Shown: positions 1 through 14,339, counted from the first letter of the stretch. The stretch: 64,000 bases of DNA from Chrysomallon squamiferum (GCA_012295275.1 CM022670.1:10292001-10356000); one strand, 5' to 3'. Translations and numbers: made by a program. The notes: generated by a model from the sequence alone, not told the origin.

Positions 1-607
1 TCATTTATACACAACGCAGATAAAGCTGGTATAAGTGTACAAGCTTGTTGGTGATAATAACCAGTCACTTTATCCATGCAGTCTACATTTTCATGCATTG
101 CCTTGCTAGAATTGATCACATACTATAATTTTCTTTTAATTTATTTCACTCTACTCTAAAGCTACGTAGTAATTTGCACTCTGATTTCTATTATCTTTAC
201 TCCTTAGCACTAAAGCGTTCCATTAATTATGGATAGAGATAAGACAGGGACGAAATCAAAGATAAGTTTGTTTTACTATTAGTCGAATACCATAAGTTGA
301 TCTGTCGATAAATGCTATACTACTTTTATATTATTTTATATATATATATATATTTCTTCTTCTTCTTCTTCTTCAGAAATAAAAAAAAAAACAGCATAAA
401 AAAAACCAACTCTCTGAGATTGGTTTAAATCTTATATTATTTAATAAAAGAACCTAATCTAAAAATTCAAATTAAATTTGAATTAATTCTGCGATATCGG
501 AATTAAGACAGATTTTAAAGTAGGTAACTGTTCTAAATTACAAACTGCTAGTTAATCGACTGTCAGCAGTTTTATTTACTGATCTATTAGTTTAAAGATT
601 CACCGAA

Positions 608-2714
608 ATGGAAGATGTTTTAAGAAAATTACTAACTGTTCTGCTGCTTGTGATGATCAACGACATGACGTCACCAGCAGAAAGGTATCATCCAGTTGGC
701 GTGAAGATGTGCTGCATGATCTGTAAACGTGAAAATTCTTGTAGAACCACAACTTACAGTTCAAAAACTCTCGTATGTGACGTCACGGGTTCTGATCTTA
801 ACGACGGAAAATCAATAGAAGATATTTGTAAAAACAGTAATGAGGTGAGTGTTTTTAGATATGAAAATAATGAATGTTTTAATATATCTTAACTGGCCTA
901 GTTCTGAAGAATTCGCATAAATACATTTTGCACATTTTAAAGTTATTTTATCATTTATTTTTGGCGGCGAAGGTATCTGTAAGTATATAATTATAGATGT
1001 ATCTATCTATGTATCTGCTATATCGCGGTTTGTCTTTCTGTCTTTCTTTCTGTCTGTCTCGCTGTGTATCTGTCTATATCCACACACATACACTCTTATA
1101 ATCAAGCATAACATTAAAATAACAAGTTCGTAAGAGTAAATTCACATTTGTTTTTCTTTTGTGATGACGTTATTTTTTAATATAAATTGCTATCTAGGCA
1201 AAATAGAGGTTCCCCATATATTTATTGTGTACTTGTTTCTTCTAAAAGACGTGATCCAAAACGTATTAGCATTCTATTTCATTTTTATGGTCATACGTTA
1301 TTGTTAGCAAAATGGCTCCTGATAAATGATCAAACTATCAAAAAATATATTTAATTGCTTATTTGTATAAATACTGAATGTAATATCAACTGGTTATATT
1401 GCTTAATAAATGTATAAAAGCAGTGGAAATAAAAAAATCATCAACAACAACAACAAAACAAATTAATAAAAAAAATAAAAAATAATAGAAGATGAAAGAA
1501 ACGAAAGGGAAAACAACACTACACAGACTCACAGACACAAAAATACAACTAATAAATAAAAAACATTAAAAAAGAGAAAAAAAAAGAAACAAAAAAAGAC
1601 AACAAAACGAAACGAAACAAAAAATCCACCAAAAACACCCCCCCCCCAAAAAAAAAAAACAATTAATTCCATTTACACAAGATAACGAAGCGATATATAA
1701 AATAATTAAGAAAAATGTTATTTAAAATTTAAGCTGATACAAGACAGATGTTTGAAGACTGACTGTGTTCAGGATCGCGAATGTCTGACAGATCATAAAA
1801 AAGTAACACGATGTGTTCCTAAAATGTCTTCAAAAGTCTCGAAAATAGGTGAGTAACAATATTTCTTCACATTTCAATATCACTATCAACAACGCCTATT
1901 CTCTATAATGATAATCTTTTCTGTCGCTATGTATTATAATTTAGCAATAATGGACATCGTATGTGTACCTTCCCATAGATGGGATTCAAAGAAAAAAATG
2001 TGGTGATATCTGAAAGCTCCTTTTACGTACACCGTTCATTATTTATGTCAAATGGTTCATAATTTGTTTACTAAAACATAAACTACAACGTTTAAATATA
2101 TTATATTGTGTTCGTTTTATATCATTTAAATATATATATATATTTTTAAGACAATTAAATGTCCTAAACAATCGCAGAAAAAGATAAATTAGCAGTATCT
2201 CTACACATTTCAATATTAACATTAATATCAGTAATACCTATTCTTGTATTATGATAATCTTTAGCAACAATGGGACATTTTTGTGTACCTTCCCATAGAT
2301 TTATTTCCATGAAACCGTCTTTCGTTTTCAGGTGGAAAAAATGTCATTGATACATAATAATATGATAATGTTTTGATATTTTTTATTTATATTTATATAA
2401 ACAGACACACACAAACGTTTTATTTCACAGCATTGCATATATAACTTTCCTGGTTAATACATCTACATATAATTTGTTTTCTTTAGATATCGTTTACATA
2501 TATACGTCTTTCGTTTAATATTACTTACATTATGTAACTGATTTTTGTTTTTGTTTTTGCTCCCTTTTCCTTAGATAATTTTTTTTGGATACCATTTACA
2601 CGTATATATATATATATTTTTTATTTCTATACTGTAGATCAAGACAAAGCAACGTCCAGGGAAATTGGGAAACAACCATCTGATGATGACCAAATAACAG
2701 ACAGATATCCATAG
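608..2714 (+). CDS. Gene A1: secreted PAN/Apple-like + follistatin-N/EGF-like protein with short acidic tail, ~142 aa; join(608..844,1734..1848,2638..2714)
   Basis: Exon 1 (237 nt, donor GAG|gtgagt) encodes a hydrophobic leader MEDVLRKLLTVLLLVMI and a C-x3-C-x5-C-x4-Y-x6-C PAN-like core. Exon 2 (115 nt, taag|CTG...ATAG|gtgagt) encodes LIQDRCLKTDCVQDRECLTDHKKVTRCVPK. Exon 3 (ctgtag|AT CAA GAC...TAG) encodes DQDKATSREIGKQPSDDDQITDRYP*. Exon 1/2 sizes and phases (0,1) equal those of the B genes. Exon 3 is the least certain; an alternative terminal exon is possible at 2332..2357. Confidence 0.7.
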
Positions 2715-3371
2715 CTTAAAACTGCATAATTAAAACTATGTGCATATACACACATAAACAATATATAATTTAGCTGTAGTCTGGATACTGGTTAACTATT
2801 TTGAGAATACTCTGAATTATTCTAAACAGATTAGATTATTACTGATCGAAACATTGTGTTATCAAAAACCGAGGAAGACAAAAAAAAAAAAAGAAAAAAA
2901 AAAGGAGGAAATATATATATATAAAATTTAATTTTAATTTTATATATATAAAACTAGTTTTTAAGTTTTTGTTATAGTCTACGATTTTAAATTATATGTT
3001 CAAAACATACCATCATTATTATAAAAACTCACAACACATTCTTCAACACATGTATAAAATGAATCACTGAAAAACTAACTGTCTGAAGCGTTATTCTACT
3101 GAATAATAAAATCTGCAAGCAGAGAGAATTAATTTTGTTAAAAGAACTGCAACCTGTGAATTTTTACAACTTGAATCGTTAACTATTCGATTTAAATAAA
3201 CCTCAGTATTAAAAATGTATTAATCGAAAAGGCATTGAAAGACTGAGTGTTTAAATTTTATTGTCACAGAAAACGTATGCGTGTTTGATCACAAAATATG
3301 AATAACAGAAAATTACTTATAAGACTGAGGATACATAATTTGTGTTTTATGATTTACTCCGAATTTAACTA

Positions 3372-4144
3372 CAGTGGTACCTTGACTTACGACGAGTTCA
3401 ATTCATTCCGTGACAGACCTCGTAACTCAATTTGCTCGTATATCAAATTAATTTTCCCAACTGAAATTAAACGAAATACCATTAATCCGTTCCAGCTCCC
3501 CTACAAAAACCATCCCAGCTTTTTTCTAAACATGTTTTTAAATAAGAAAAAATGTGTTTATAAATGACAAATATTGTATAAAAATAAAATAAAAGTGAAT
3601 GTAAAGAAATAATCTGGTTTTGTAAAGTGTATTTATCTTGGAGATCAGACAACTTGGCCTAACTGAAACTGCTGGTGGAGGTGGAGTAGACTGGAGGATT
3701 GTTTGTTTGGAACATATCGTAGAAGTACCACGCTCGTACTGTCTAGCCAAGTCGATTACACGCACACCTCGCTCATATCTTTCTATGATTTCATGCTTTA
3801 AGTCAATCGACATCATCCGCTTCTTCTTCTCAGCACTCTCCTTTGCACTCGCTTTCTTAAGGTCCATGGTCAGAAAAAAGAAATGTGGCAAAATACTGCA
3901 CAAAACGCGAGCACAATACAATAGAGATGCTTCCGCGGCGATGTAACCACATGAAGTAAACGAGTGAGACGCGGGATGCTGGTCGGATGTTGTGTTGTTC
4001 GTTGCGCCAACTAGCGGCGGCGTATCTGAAATTCGCTCCTAACTCGGATTTTGGCTCGCAGTTCTAAGCAAAAGATCGACCGGGCGCCTGCTCGTAACTC
4101 GAAAAACTTGTAAGTTGGGGCACTCGTAAGTCGAGGTACCACTA
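3372..4144 (-). mobile_element. Non-autonomous Tigger/pogo (Tc1-mariner superfamily) DNA transposon, internally deleted
   Basis: TA|CAGTGGTACCTTGACTTACGA...TCGTAAGTCGAGGTACCACTA|TA gives terminal inverted repeats with a TA target site. It retains only a CENP-B-N-type HTH (KKKRMMSIDLKHEIIERYERGVRVIDLARQYERGTSTIC) and has no DDE domain. Confidence 0.9.
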
Positions 4145-4941
4145 TATATATATAATTAAATATTTAAATGATCAAATAAAAATAAAATTGACTCTTCATA
4201 TGTGAATCTTTATTTATTTATTTATTTATTTATTATTTTGTGCTGTTATCATAATGGTCAGAAATGGCCACACCTCCTCTTTTCTTTCGAAGCTTGGTGC
4301 TATGCAAGATCAATACGGCATAGTGCAAACATTCCGTTTTTTTATTTTTATGGATCAGAACATAGTGTAGTATGTGAACTGTCAATAAAAAAACAACATG
4401 CTTTTTATCTGTTTTGATTGTTATATAGCGGCGGCGTATCTGAAGCTCGTTCGTAACTCGTAAGTCAAAGATCTACTGTATTTCTAACCATAATTATGTA
4501 TTTGAGTGTCTCCTGTCAAACACACATACATACATATATATATACATTTACATATATACATATATAAACACATACACACATACATACATACATATACACA
4601 CTCATACACATATACATAAACACACACACACATACACACGTAGACACGTAGACACGTAGACATGTATATACGCGTATACATATATAATGATGACACAAAT
4701 TATCTATTTCAAATTTTGTTTGGTACATTTTTCATAAAATATAATAGCAAAAATTTTTTTGTATTTATGAGATGTTTTATTTTACAAAACTTCCGAGTTC
4801 ACATTTTGAGATGGGATCATATATTAATATATATATATTTTGCAAATGAGAAGTCAAATATTGCCAGTTTCATTCGATAAATCTCTCTTGCAATGAAATC
4901 ATTTGATATGCATATTTGAAATACAGCCATAAAAAGTATTC

Positions 4942-5003
<62 letters not shown>

Positions 5004-5639
5004 TGCTGCTACACATAATTCTTAGATTTTGTATCAAAACAGTTTAATAATTAATTCTCTTCAGTTTCATTTCAGTTTTGAGATTAACATATATGTTTCT
5101 AATCTTTTCCCTCGAGACCCTAACTAATACAAAAATAATAAATAATCAGTTTCGTGTTTTATCTATAATATGGTAAAAGAGTTTTAATTGTTAATAAAGC
5201 TTTAATCTGTAGTCTTGGATTCCTGTTTCTCTTTCTTTTAGAGATAAATACATGAGTAGTTTTTTCTGTTTCTGAGACTTGTTTTACAAAAAAAAAAAAA
5301 CCAACCAAACCCCCCCAAAAAAACAACAACAACAACCCCCCCCCAAAAAGCCCCCAACAAACTAATTTTTGGGTAACAAAAAGCCTAATGAGAAAATTGG
5401 CTTTTATTTTTTTACTTGTAACCTAATCTTTTGTTAATAATAAAGTATGATATAAAAAAAAGTAAAGCACCGTTAATTTGCGTTTGCCAACAATAGTTAT
5501 CACGTCATTTCGTAGGCTGTAAGCTGATCAGTTGTTTAATTGTTGTTGAACTGTTATGAAATAAAAATAAGTGAATAAACAAACAACAACACAATACTTA
5601 AATAAATTATAGTATTTTATAACACTATTAGAAATAAAT

Positions 5640-6230
5640 AATACAGTAGAATATTGAAAATGTTTAGTACAGTGTTGAAAAAAGTTAATACAATATAAGA
5701 CTGAAACAAGTTAAAAGTATTATATAAGAATGAAACAAATGTAAAATATCTTTTAATACGGAACAACAAATATAAGCACAGCGTAAGAGTAAAACAAATT
5801 AAAAAGATTACAATGAAACATATAACACTGAATGAAATTAAAATATTATATAACAGTGAATTGAGTTTAAAATATTATATAATTCTATATAACAATGGAA
5901 CAGATGAAAGTACTTTATAACACTGAAACAAAAGTATTACGTAACAATGAAATAAATTAAAAGTGATATATAAAATTGAAACAAAACGATTGCGTATCTG
6001 TGAAAAGTCATATATAAAACTGAAACAAAAGGATTTCGTAACAATGAAATAAATTAAAAATGATATATAAAACTGAAACAAAACGATTACGTAACAATGA
6101 AAAGTAATACATAACAGTGAAACAAAACGATTACGTAATAATGAGTTCAATGAAACAAATTAAAACTACTTTAAAACACTAATAGAAATTAAAAGGATTA
6201 TATAACAATGAAACAGATTAAAAGCATGTT
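5640..6230. repeat. Degenerate AT-rich minisatellite (~24-29 bp subunits around AAC(A/T)(A/C)TGAAACAAA); copies at ~19440-20060 and ~26950-27290
   Basis: Recurring taacaatgaaataaattaaaa and aaactgaaacaaaaggattacg motifs. Confidence 0.7.
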
Positions 6231-6484
6231 TTTTTTTTTTTTTTTTTTTTTTTTATTGGCAAATCACATACTTCACTAATAACTGATCCATAAAAAAAGG
6301 ATTGTTTGTACTATGCCGTATTGATCTTGCGTAGCATCAAGCTTCAAAAGAAAAGAGCCATTTCTGACCATTATGATAACAGCACAAAATAATAAATAAA
6401 TAAATAAATAAAATAAATAAAGATTCACATATGAATAGTAAAATTTTATTTTTATTTGATCATTTAAATACTTAATTATATATA

Positions 6485-7246
6485 CAGTGGTACCTCGAAT
6501 TACGAGTGCCCCAACTTACAAGTTTTTCGAGTTACGAGCAGGCGCCCGGTCGATCTTTTGCTTAGAGTTGCGAGCCAAAATCCGAGTTACGAGCGAACTT
6601 CAGATACTCCGCCACTAGTTGGCGCAACGAACAACACAACATCCGACCAGCATCCCGCGTCTCACTCGTTTACTTCATGTGGTTACATCGCCGCGGAAGC
6701 ATCTCTGTTGTATTGTGCTCGCGTTTTGTGCAGTGTTTTGCCAAATTTCTTTTTTCCTGCTATAGATCATAATAAAGTAAGTGCAAAGGACAGTGCGGAC
6801 AAGAAGAAGCGGATGATGTCCATTGAATTAAAGCTTGAATTCATTGAAATACATAAACGAGGTGTGGATGTAGTCGACTTGGCTAGGCAGTACAAGCATA
6901 GTACTTCTACAATATGTACCATACTGAAGCTGAAGTAGTCGATAAAGGCCGTAACTCCAGCCAAAGGCGTTAAAATAATTTGTCTGATCTCCAAGATAAA
7001 TACACTTTACATAACCTATTTATTTCTTTACATTCTCTTTTATTTTGTTTTTTTTTTACAATATTTGTCATTTATAAATACATTTTTTCTTATTCAAAAG
7101 CACGTGTAAAAAAAAAAAAAAGTTTTTTTATTTGGGGGACTGGTATTTCAATTAATTTCATTTGGGAAAATTGATTGGATATACGAGTAAATTGAGATAC
7201 GAGCTCGGTCACGGAACGAATTAAACTCGTAAGTCAAGTACCACTG
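6485..7246 (+). mobile_element. Non-autonomous Tigger/pogo element (different internal deletion)
   Basis: TA|CAGTGGTACCTCGAATTACGAG...CTCGTAAGTCAAGTACCACTG|TA. HTH remnant KKKRMMSIELKLEFIEIHKRGVDVVDLARQYKHSTSTICTILK. Absent from the homologous site in unit 3 (~27560-27590). Confidence 0.9.
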
Positions 7247-7247
7247 T

Positions 7248-7286
<39 letters not shown>

Positions 7287-7908
7287 TTAATCAAGTGTAA
7301 AGGTTATCAGCCTTTTTACGTCAAAGAGAAAATTAATATATAATTATACAGTACAGAGAAATGAATATAATATGCTTAATAACTTAAATATTCTGATAAA
7401 GGATTTTTTTAATATCATTTCGATAGTTTCATGTTTTAAGTTTTTAATTTATTTATGTACCTCTTCCAAGTGACAGTCTGAGTTACAGAAATCTCAACAT
7501 TTAATGACCTTTTAGATACAAATACGCCCAACACACACACACAAACACGCACCCCCCCCACTTTATTGGCTTGAGATTCATTATAAAGTCAAATAAAGGA
7601 AAAATGATTGGTTTTCTTTCATCAAATAGGCAACGCCTTCAAAGCAGGTTTTTGAATAACCGGTGTTTTCTGTCATTTATTAAAGTGACATAAGATCCAT
7701 TCACGCGACTGACAGTCAGAAAAAAAGTTTGATTGTTTCTTTTTATCTTTTTTCTTTTCAAAGATCATTTTTGTCATACGTGAATATAAAGGTGCAAAAA
7801 AAAATTAAAAAAAAAAAAAAAATTAAAAAGACAAAAAAAGACGTATAAAGTTAATTTCTCTATTTTTACAGAGAAAGCGGAGTTTCATCTAAGTAGAAAA
7901 GTAAAACA

Positions 7909-8924
7909 ATGAAAAATTATTCTGCCAACGTCGTTGTAGTATTGTTTGTGATTGTTAACAATGTGACAGTGTCGTGGTCAAAGAAGTTTCATCCAGTTGG
8001 TGTGAAGATGTGCTGCCTGATCTGTAAACGTGAACATTCTTGTAGAACCACAACTTACAGTTCAAAAACTCTCGTATGTGACGTCACGGGTTCTGATCTT
8101 AACGACGGAGAATCAATAGAAGACATTTGTAAAAACAGTAATGAGGTGGGTATTTAATGCGTGTGTGTGTGTATAATGTATGTATGTATGCATGTATGTA
8201 TCTCATTTATAATTTCTGTGATAAAGTGGGAATTTAAAAACACAAAAATAAATAGTTTCAAAATATTTTATGCATTTTTGTTTTTAAAAAGTAAGTCAAT
8301 GTTAATAATAAATTGTGACAGTAAAAAGATTTATGGGGGAATAACAATCCCGTTAGTGTGAAAAATGCATCGTATTAAGCACAAAACCAGCTTAAATTTA
8401 TATATATACATATATATATATAAAACCAGAAAATGCATAGACACCTGAATGAAATAAATAAATAATTAATTAATTAAAATAAGGAAGAGTATAAATAATT
8501 TAAATGTTTCTAACATTTGAAGGTGATACAAGAAAGCTGTATGAATTCTCAGTGTGAACAAGGTCGTGAATGTCTGACAAATCGTAGAAAAGAAATTCGA
8601 TGTGTTCCTAAAATGTCTCCAAGAGCGAGAGAAAAAAGTAAGTAGAATAATGTCTTCCGTTTGTTGGTTTAGACATGAAAATAAATGAACACTATCTCTA
8701 CACATTTCTGTATTAACGGGATTTTGTTTTGTTGTTGTTTTTCATTATTTAGTTGCAAATGATATTTTATGCGTACCTTCCCATAAACTTGTATTTAATA
8801 AATAAAACGTAATGACTGAAAGATTGCTTAAAATCTGCATGTATTGTACTTCATATAATTGTAATCTGCATTAAAAAAAAAAAAATAAAAAAAAAATGAA
8901 TTCGTGTAATAAAAAATAAATAAG

Positions 8925-8975
<51 letters not shown>

Positions 8976-9914
8976 ATACAAATGATAAATAATAATATTT
9001 AGAAAATATTCTAAAATATTCATCAATTTTACTGCTCCATTCGTTTCGCACGTAAAACCAACTCTAAAGAAAATAAAAGATTTTTATCAGTTCTGGATCC
9101 CGTGATGACTTTTCTCTACATTTACATTTCAGATGAGAACAGACACAGATACAAGACGCTGCTGCACCAGTCGACCTACTCAGTCGATCCTGAAAATAAA
9201 TACGTACAAGACTTTGTCGTCATAAACAGATCTATTTTTATAGCGTTATTAGCAGTGCAAACTCTTTTCCGGTATGTTCCGGTGAACAACACCATACTGC
9301 TGAAAAATTCTAAAGATTTCGAAACCAATAAAGGCTCGTTATATAATATGATCTCATTCGGCAAGAAAATCGTTCTTTGTTTATTCAACACCAACAGTTT
9401 GCACGTGTTTAACACTGATCTGAGCCGAATCACGTTCATAGAGACAAGTTACAGTTATCAAACTATAGCCGCTGCTGGCGACGCAGCAATTGTCGGTTAT
9501 GTTGAAAGATCGTTTCATTTTCTAACCATACAAGATAACAAAGTTGTTTCTCGGACAGTAGTGCAGTCGAAAGCAAATATAGATCATTACTTTGTTGCTA
9601 CAGTGGATTTTAATATTCTGTATGGAGATACTGGGAAATCAGCCATAGTATGCGTCAATCAAACTGGGTATCAGCTCTGGAGTGCGACCGCCTCTTTCTC
9701 AAATGACTATTTGGCGACAACGAAAAACGGCAGCCACGTATTCTTTGTTAGTGAGGAGAAATCTCTAACTTATCTGAAGGACGAAGGGAAGACGAATGTG
9801 AAACTAGTTTCAAACGTGTTTCGTGGAAAATCCTCTCAGAAACTAGTGATAGATGAATTCGGAACGCTTTATGTTATATCCCTTCATACTGTTGACATTT
9901 TTGTGTTTGACTGA
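7909..9914 (+). CDS. Gene B1: secreted PAN/Apple-like + follistatin-N/EGF-like + NHL/TolB-like beta-propeller protein, 377 aa; join(7909..8145,8523..8637,9133..9914)
   Basis: GT-AG sites join into one open frame of 237+115+782 nt. Leader is MKNYSANVVVVLFVIV. Exon 2 SCMNSQCEQGRECLTNRRKEIRCVP has follistatin-N-like Cys spacing (CxxxxCxxGxxCxxNxxxxxxCV). Exon 3 is the 9102..9914 ORF, rich in short beta-strand repeats (ILYGDTGKSAIVCVNQTGYQLWS; LVIDEFGTLYVIS). An acceptor at 7871 (tttttacag) suggests an upstream 5'UTR exon. Confidence 0.85.
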
Positions 9915-9991
9915 GTTGAGTTTGCGTGTGATCGCTTGCGCCCTCCAACTTAACGTACGTACGTACAAGAACACACAAACATACACATACA

Positions 9992-10410
9992 CAGGGCTGA
10001 CGAAATTATGTTTCCATTTTTAGCACGATCGGACAAATGGTTTCTGAGACATAGGAATTTTGAAAAAAGACCATAACACACCCATCTGCTTGTCAATATT
10101 GTTGAAACGAGTATTTCTAGAAAGGTCATTGATTATTGATTCTGAAAATGACATGATCTGTTATCTAGGGATAATTTAAAGGGTAATAACACTTTTAACC
10201 TTTACTTTGATCTTCAATTTAACTTAGCGGCTCACATGACCTAGAAACGGCCATGTCCCAGTTACACTAAATACCAATTTTCAGCAAAATCGAACAGAGT
10301 GACCTTTCATTTTCCCATTATTTTGGGTAATTTAACACCGAATGTATACGAACATGTATACATCCAATCACACATACATACATACATACATACACAGATT
10401 CATAATTACA
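9992..10410. mobile_element. Probable non-autonomous interspersed repeat (Helitron/Helentron-associated style) ending in (ACAT)n; copies at ~23826-24215 and ~30480-31220
   Basis: Motifs ctttgaccttga and ataccaattttcagcaaaatcgg plus a terminal tetranucleotide tract resemble invertebrate HINE-type elements. This is a by-eye resemblance only and the boundaries are uncertain. Confidence 0.3.
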
Positions 10411-12048
10411 AACATACATGTATTTGAGATAAGATACTATAACTATGTATTCGGAATTTTAACGTATTTTCCCCAGTTCATTTGTTGTTATTATTTTGTG
10501 TTTTAGCTTCGAATCTGCGTTATTCATGTCCTGCTTGTCGTACAGATTGCAATTACAGAATTACATGTGAAAGCACAGTAGAGAAAATAGTACTAACTTT
10601 GAAATATTAATAACATCACTTATTATGGTAGCACCTTATTGGTTATAGTATCCTTATATGTTAACAGTGTATTAAGTAGCAGGAGCATTAGCAGTTGTAG
10701 AAGTGGTAGTAGTAGAAGTGGTAGTAGTAGCAGTAATAATGGTGGGAGTAGTGTCAGCAGCAGTGGTATTTGTAGTGGGAGTGGGAGTGGGAGTGGTGGT
10801 GGTCGTAGTAATGTTGTTAGTAATCGTTGTTAAGTAATAATCGTACTAGTTGTAGTAGAGTTAGTAGCACCAGTAGCAGTAGAAGTAGTAATAGAAGAAG
10901 TAAATATTATAAAATATAAAAATAAATAAATAAAAAGGTTATAAGGAGACATTAAATTGTGTGTAATTTCTATTGTAATCTGGTGTAATTTATTTTGTCA
11001 TTAAAGTGTTATATGTTAAAATCGCACTGCGTTGCTTATATTTAAAGAAAATTAGTTTTAGACCAACGTACACACACGTGCACGCATACACAACCACACT
11101 GGGTGCATAATTCTTCTTTTAATAACGTGCATATAATTTTTTTCTTTTGATGTCATTTACACATAATTAAACGTATTTCGTTTTTTTTACAGCATTTATT
11201 TATGTAACTGTTTGACGATTGTGACTTTAGTTACAAAATATGTAAAACAGAAAAATACAGACAAAACTGAGCATACAAAACTTTTGTTTATGATTAATTC
11301 GAATTATATTATTAATAATGTTAATTATGTTATCAGTGTGTGTATGAAATGTATATAATTCCTTATAAAAATGTGAACTCAGAAATGTAATTCGGTTCTT
11401 GGAAAATAAAAAATCACATAAAAATAAATTTTAATTGTTATTATTTTATGTAAAATGTACCAAATAGATAGTATGGATTTTAAAATGATTTTATTCATAA
11501 TGTTTCGGATGACGTAAAAAAGAGTTACTTTTAGAGTTACTGTCTGACAGCTGAGTAATCCCAGTGTACATACATACATACATACATACATACACACATA
11601 TATATATATATATATATTTATGTGAGAGTGTGTATGTGGACTTAGGGTGATTCATATATGATCCTGTTGTAGACATTTTATTTTTTACATGAATTGGAGT
11701 AAATGTTTGAGTAGACATTAGTGTCATCACTATCATCCCTAACATGCTTTTATCTTTTTGTCAGTTATTAATACTCGAAAACTCCGTGAAAACAGTCATA
11801 TATCTAAGTCGTGGAACTTAATACTAAATAAAATATTATGAGAAAGGAAGGTATTTTGAATATGTAAACACAGATGAAACATAAAATAAAAGACTTTATT
11901 CGATTTAAATATAAATCAACCAGATTTATTAACTTCTTTTTTTCTGATTGGATGCCTCCCATCTGGATGCCAGATGCCCGGTGCCACTGACACGCACACA
12001 TACACGCACACACACACACATATATATGTACATATTAAATACATTAAC

Positions 12049-12111
12049 CTCATTACTGTGTTTACAAATATCTTCTATTGATTTTCCCTCATTAATATCA
12101 GAACCCGTGAC
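12049..12111 (-). pseudogene. Inverted, 5'-truncated fragment of the PAN exon (VTGSDINEGKSIEDICKHSNE) with its GT donor
   Basis: The reverse complement matches the 3' end of exon 1 of the A/B genes. It lies within the 11929..12198 minus ORF. Confidence 0.8.
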
Positions 12112-13020
12112 CAGAGCGGGATTCAGCAATTGCAGAATGTAGCAAAAAATAGCACACGACCCTACTACTGGCCAGTTACAAGAGTAAACGCCCCCCACCC
12201 CTCAACCCACGCCCACTATTATCATAGCTTTACATTCAACATAAACACACCTTAATGTTGGAACACAGTCAGTCAGATGTATTGACAAAAAAAAAAAAAT
12301 AAGAAAAAAAAAATAAAGAAATCTTGCCAACACTATTAAAAACCATCGTCGTTCTTTGTGCATTTTTTATGCGGAGCAGTTTAGAAAACGAGCGCTTTCC
12401 CCGTGCTGATTGTAACCATCATACACAAATACATGCGTAGCATTATTTCAGTATTGGGAAAACATGATTGCATGTTGTGATCTCTGATGATGTTTCTACA
12501 AGTTTCACACGTCGACATAAACTTTTGTTTAACGACACCCCAGCACACTGTCTAGTCAGAGGCTGTTAGGTATCAAACATAAGGTATTTGCGACAAAGCA
12601 ACTAATGAACTAGTTGTAGCCCACTGGCTAGTGAGGAAAGAAACTTTGAGGAAAGAAACGTACCTCTACACAAACAAACAAACAAACAAACAAACATCAA
12701 CAAAGGCTATAGACAAAATCGTGATACGCAGCATTTGGATTAAAAGAAGCCCCAAAAACCTGTAAGTGGCGGTTTACAAGAATTTTGACGTTTACAGAAC
12801 TGGAGTTATGGATTAAATTAAAACGAAAATTTAATGCTCATATTTTAATTTAATTATGCTCTTATCATAACGGTCAGAAAAGGCAACATCTCCTTTGTTT
12901 AAGAGCCAATTCGAAGGCATGATGCTATGCAAGATCAATAGGGCACGGTGCGAACATTTCTACATTTTTTATTTTATAATTACAGTCTATGTTGACAAAG
13001 AAAAAACAACGACGATTTAC

Positions 13021-13055
<35 letters not shown>

Positions 13056-14339
13056 TATATCGTACTTTATTGTTAACAAAGATATGTTAGAAGAAAAATT
13101 TATCTCCAGAGAAACAGAAATAGAAAGGCAAGATTATAGATAAAACACGAAACTGATTATTTATTATTTTTGTATTAGATAGGGTCTCCAGAGAAAAGAT
13201 TAGAAAAATATATTTTAATCTCAAAACTGAAATGAAACTGAAGAGAATTAATTATTAAACGGTTTTAAACGAATTAAAGGTATTGGTAACAGCGAACTTA
13301 TTCTTTCTCTTTCTTGTGCAGAGTCAAATTAGACGTACATACGACAGATAATATTCATACCTAATACACTGTTACCTACCTAACTAAAAACAAAATACAA
13401 AAATGCATAATTCAAAATATTTGCATACCTACACATAAAAACTATATATAGTTTAAATTTATTTTGGGGACTGACTCCCTCTTTGGTGTGAATAATCTGA
13501 ATTATTTTAATAGATTAGATTATTAATTATCAAACACTGTATTATCTAAAACTGACGAAGAAGAAAAAATAAAAACAATAATAAAAAAATAAAATAAATA
13601 ATAAATGAATGAATGAATGAATAAATAAATAATAATAATAATGAAACAAAAATTAAATTCAGAATTGCGAAAAATGCTTTTTTAAAGACTGAGTATTTAT
13701 AAAAATGATGGTTTTTATACTGATAAGACATAAAACATATTAGTACATAAAATTATACTTAAAAAAAAAAGTGTAAATAATTAATTACATTCGTATTTAA
13801 AACCGCGACTGTACGCCTAAAATGAATACAAATATTATTAAAAAAAAAAATAAATAAAAAATAAAATTAAAAAAAATTAAAAAAATAAATAAATAAAAAG
13901 TAAAAAATAAAAAATAAATAAATTAAAAAAGTAATAAACAGAAGGTAATTACTGACAATAACAATACTAAATATAAAATAAATAACTAGGTTATTAAAAC
14001 CAAACATAAGCTTAAATAAATTGGCTACTGCGCCTCTGAAACATACTAAATAAAATGCGAGTTATTAAAAGTTGTACTTTGTCAATAAATTTTAAAATAA
14101 ATTATTCATTTGGAAATAAAATTTGAAAATATTAGTAAAGAAAAATCATTTATAGCCGTTTTTGAACGTATTTGTCCTGAAGTGAGAAAGAAACAATCAC
14201 CATTGTTCTCAGCTGTGTTCACTACGCATGCGCCATGCAAATGCTGTCATCGCTGCCATAACTTTCTTGAATTTGACCTGCGTATCGAACCACAAATGAA
14301 AATCTTTATGTAATTTAAAACACAATCACTGCATTCAAA

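Larger units (their letters stand above)
1..11830 (+). repeat. Segmental duplication unit 1 (A1, inverted Tigger pair, B1); may extend left of the window
   Basis: Colinear with 14559..~25617. Base 1 (tcatttatacacaacg) aligns to 14559, and both units end at agtcatatatctaagtcgtggaacttaatactaa. Confidence 0.9.
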
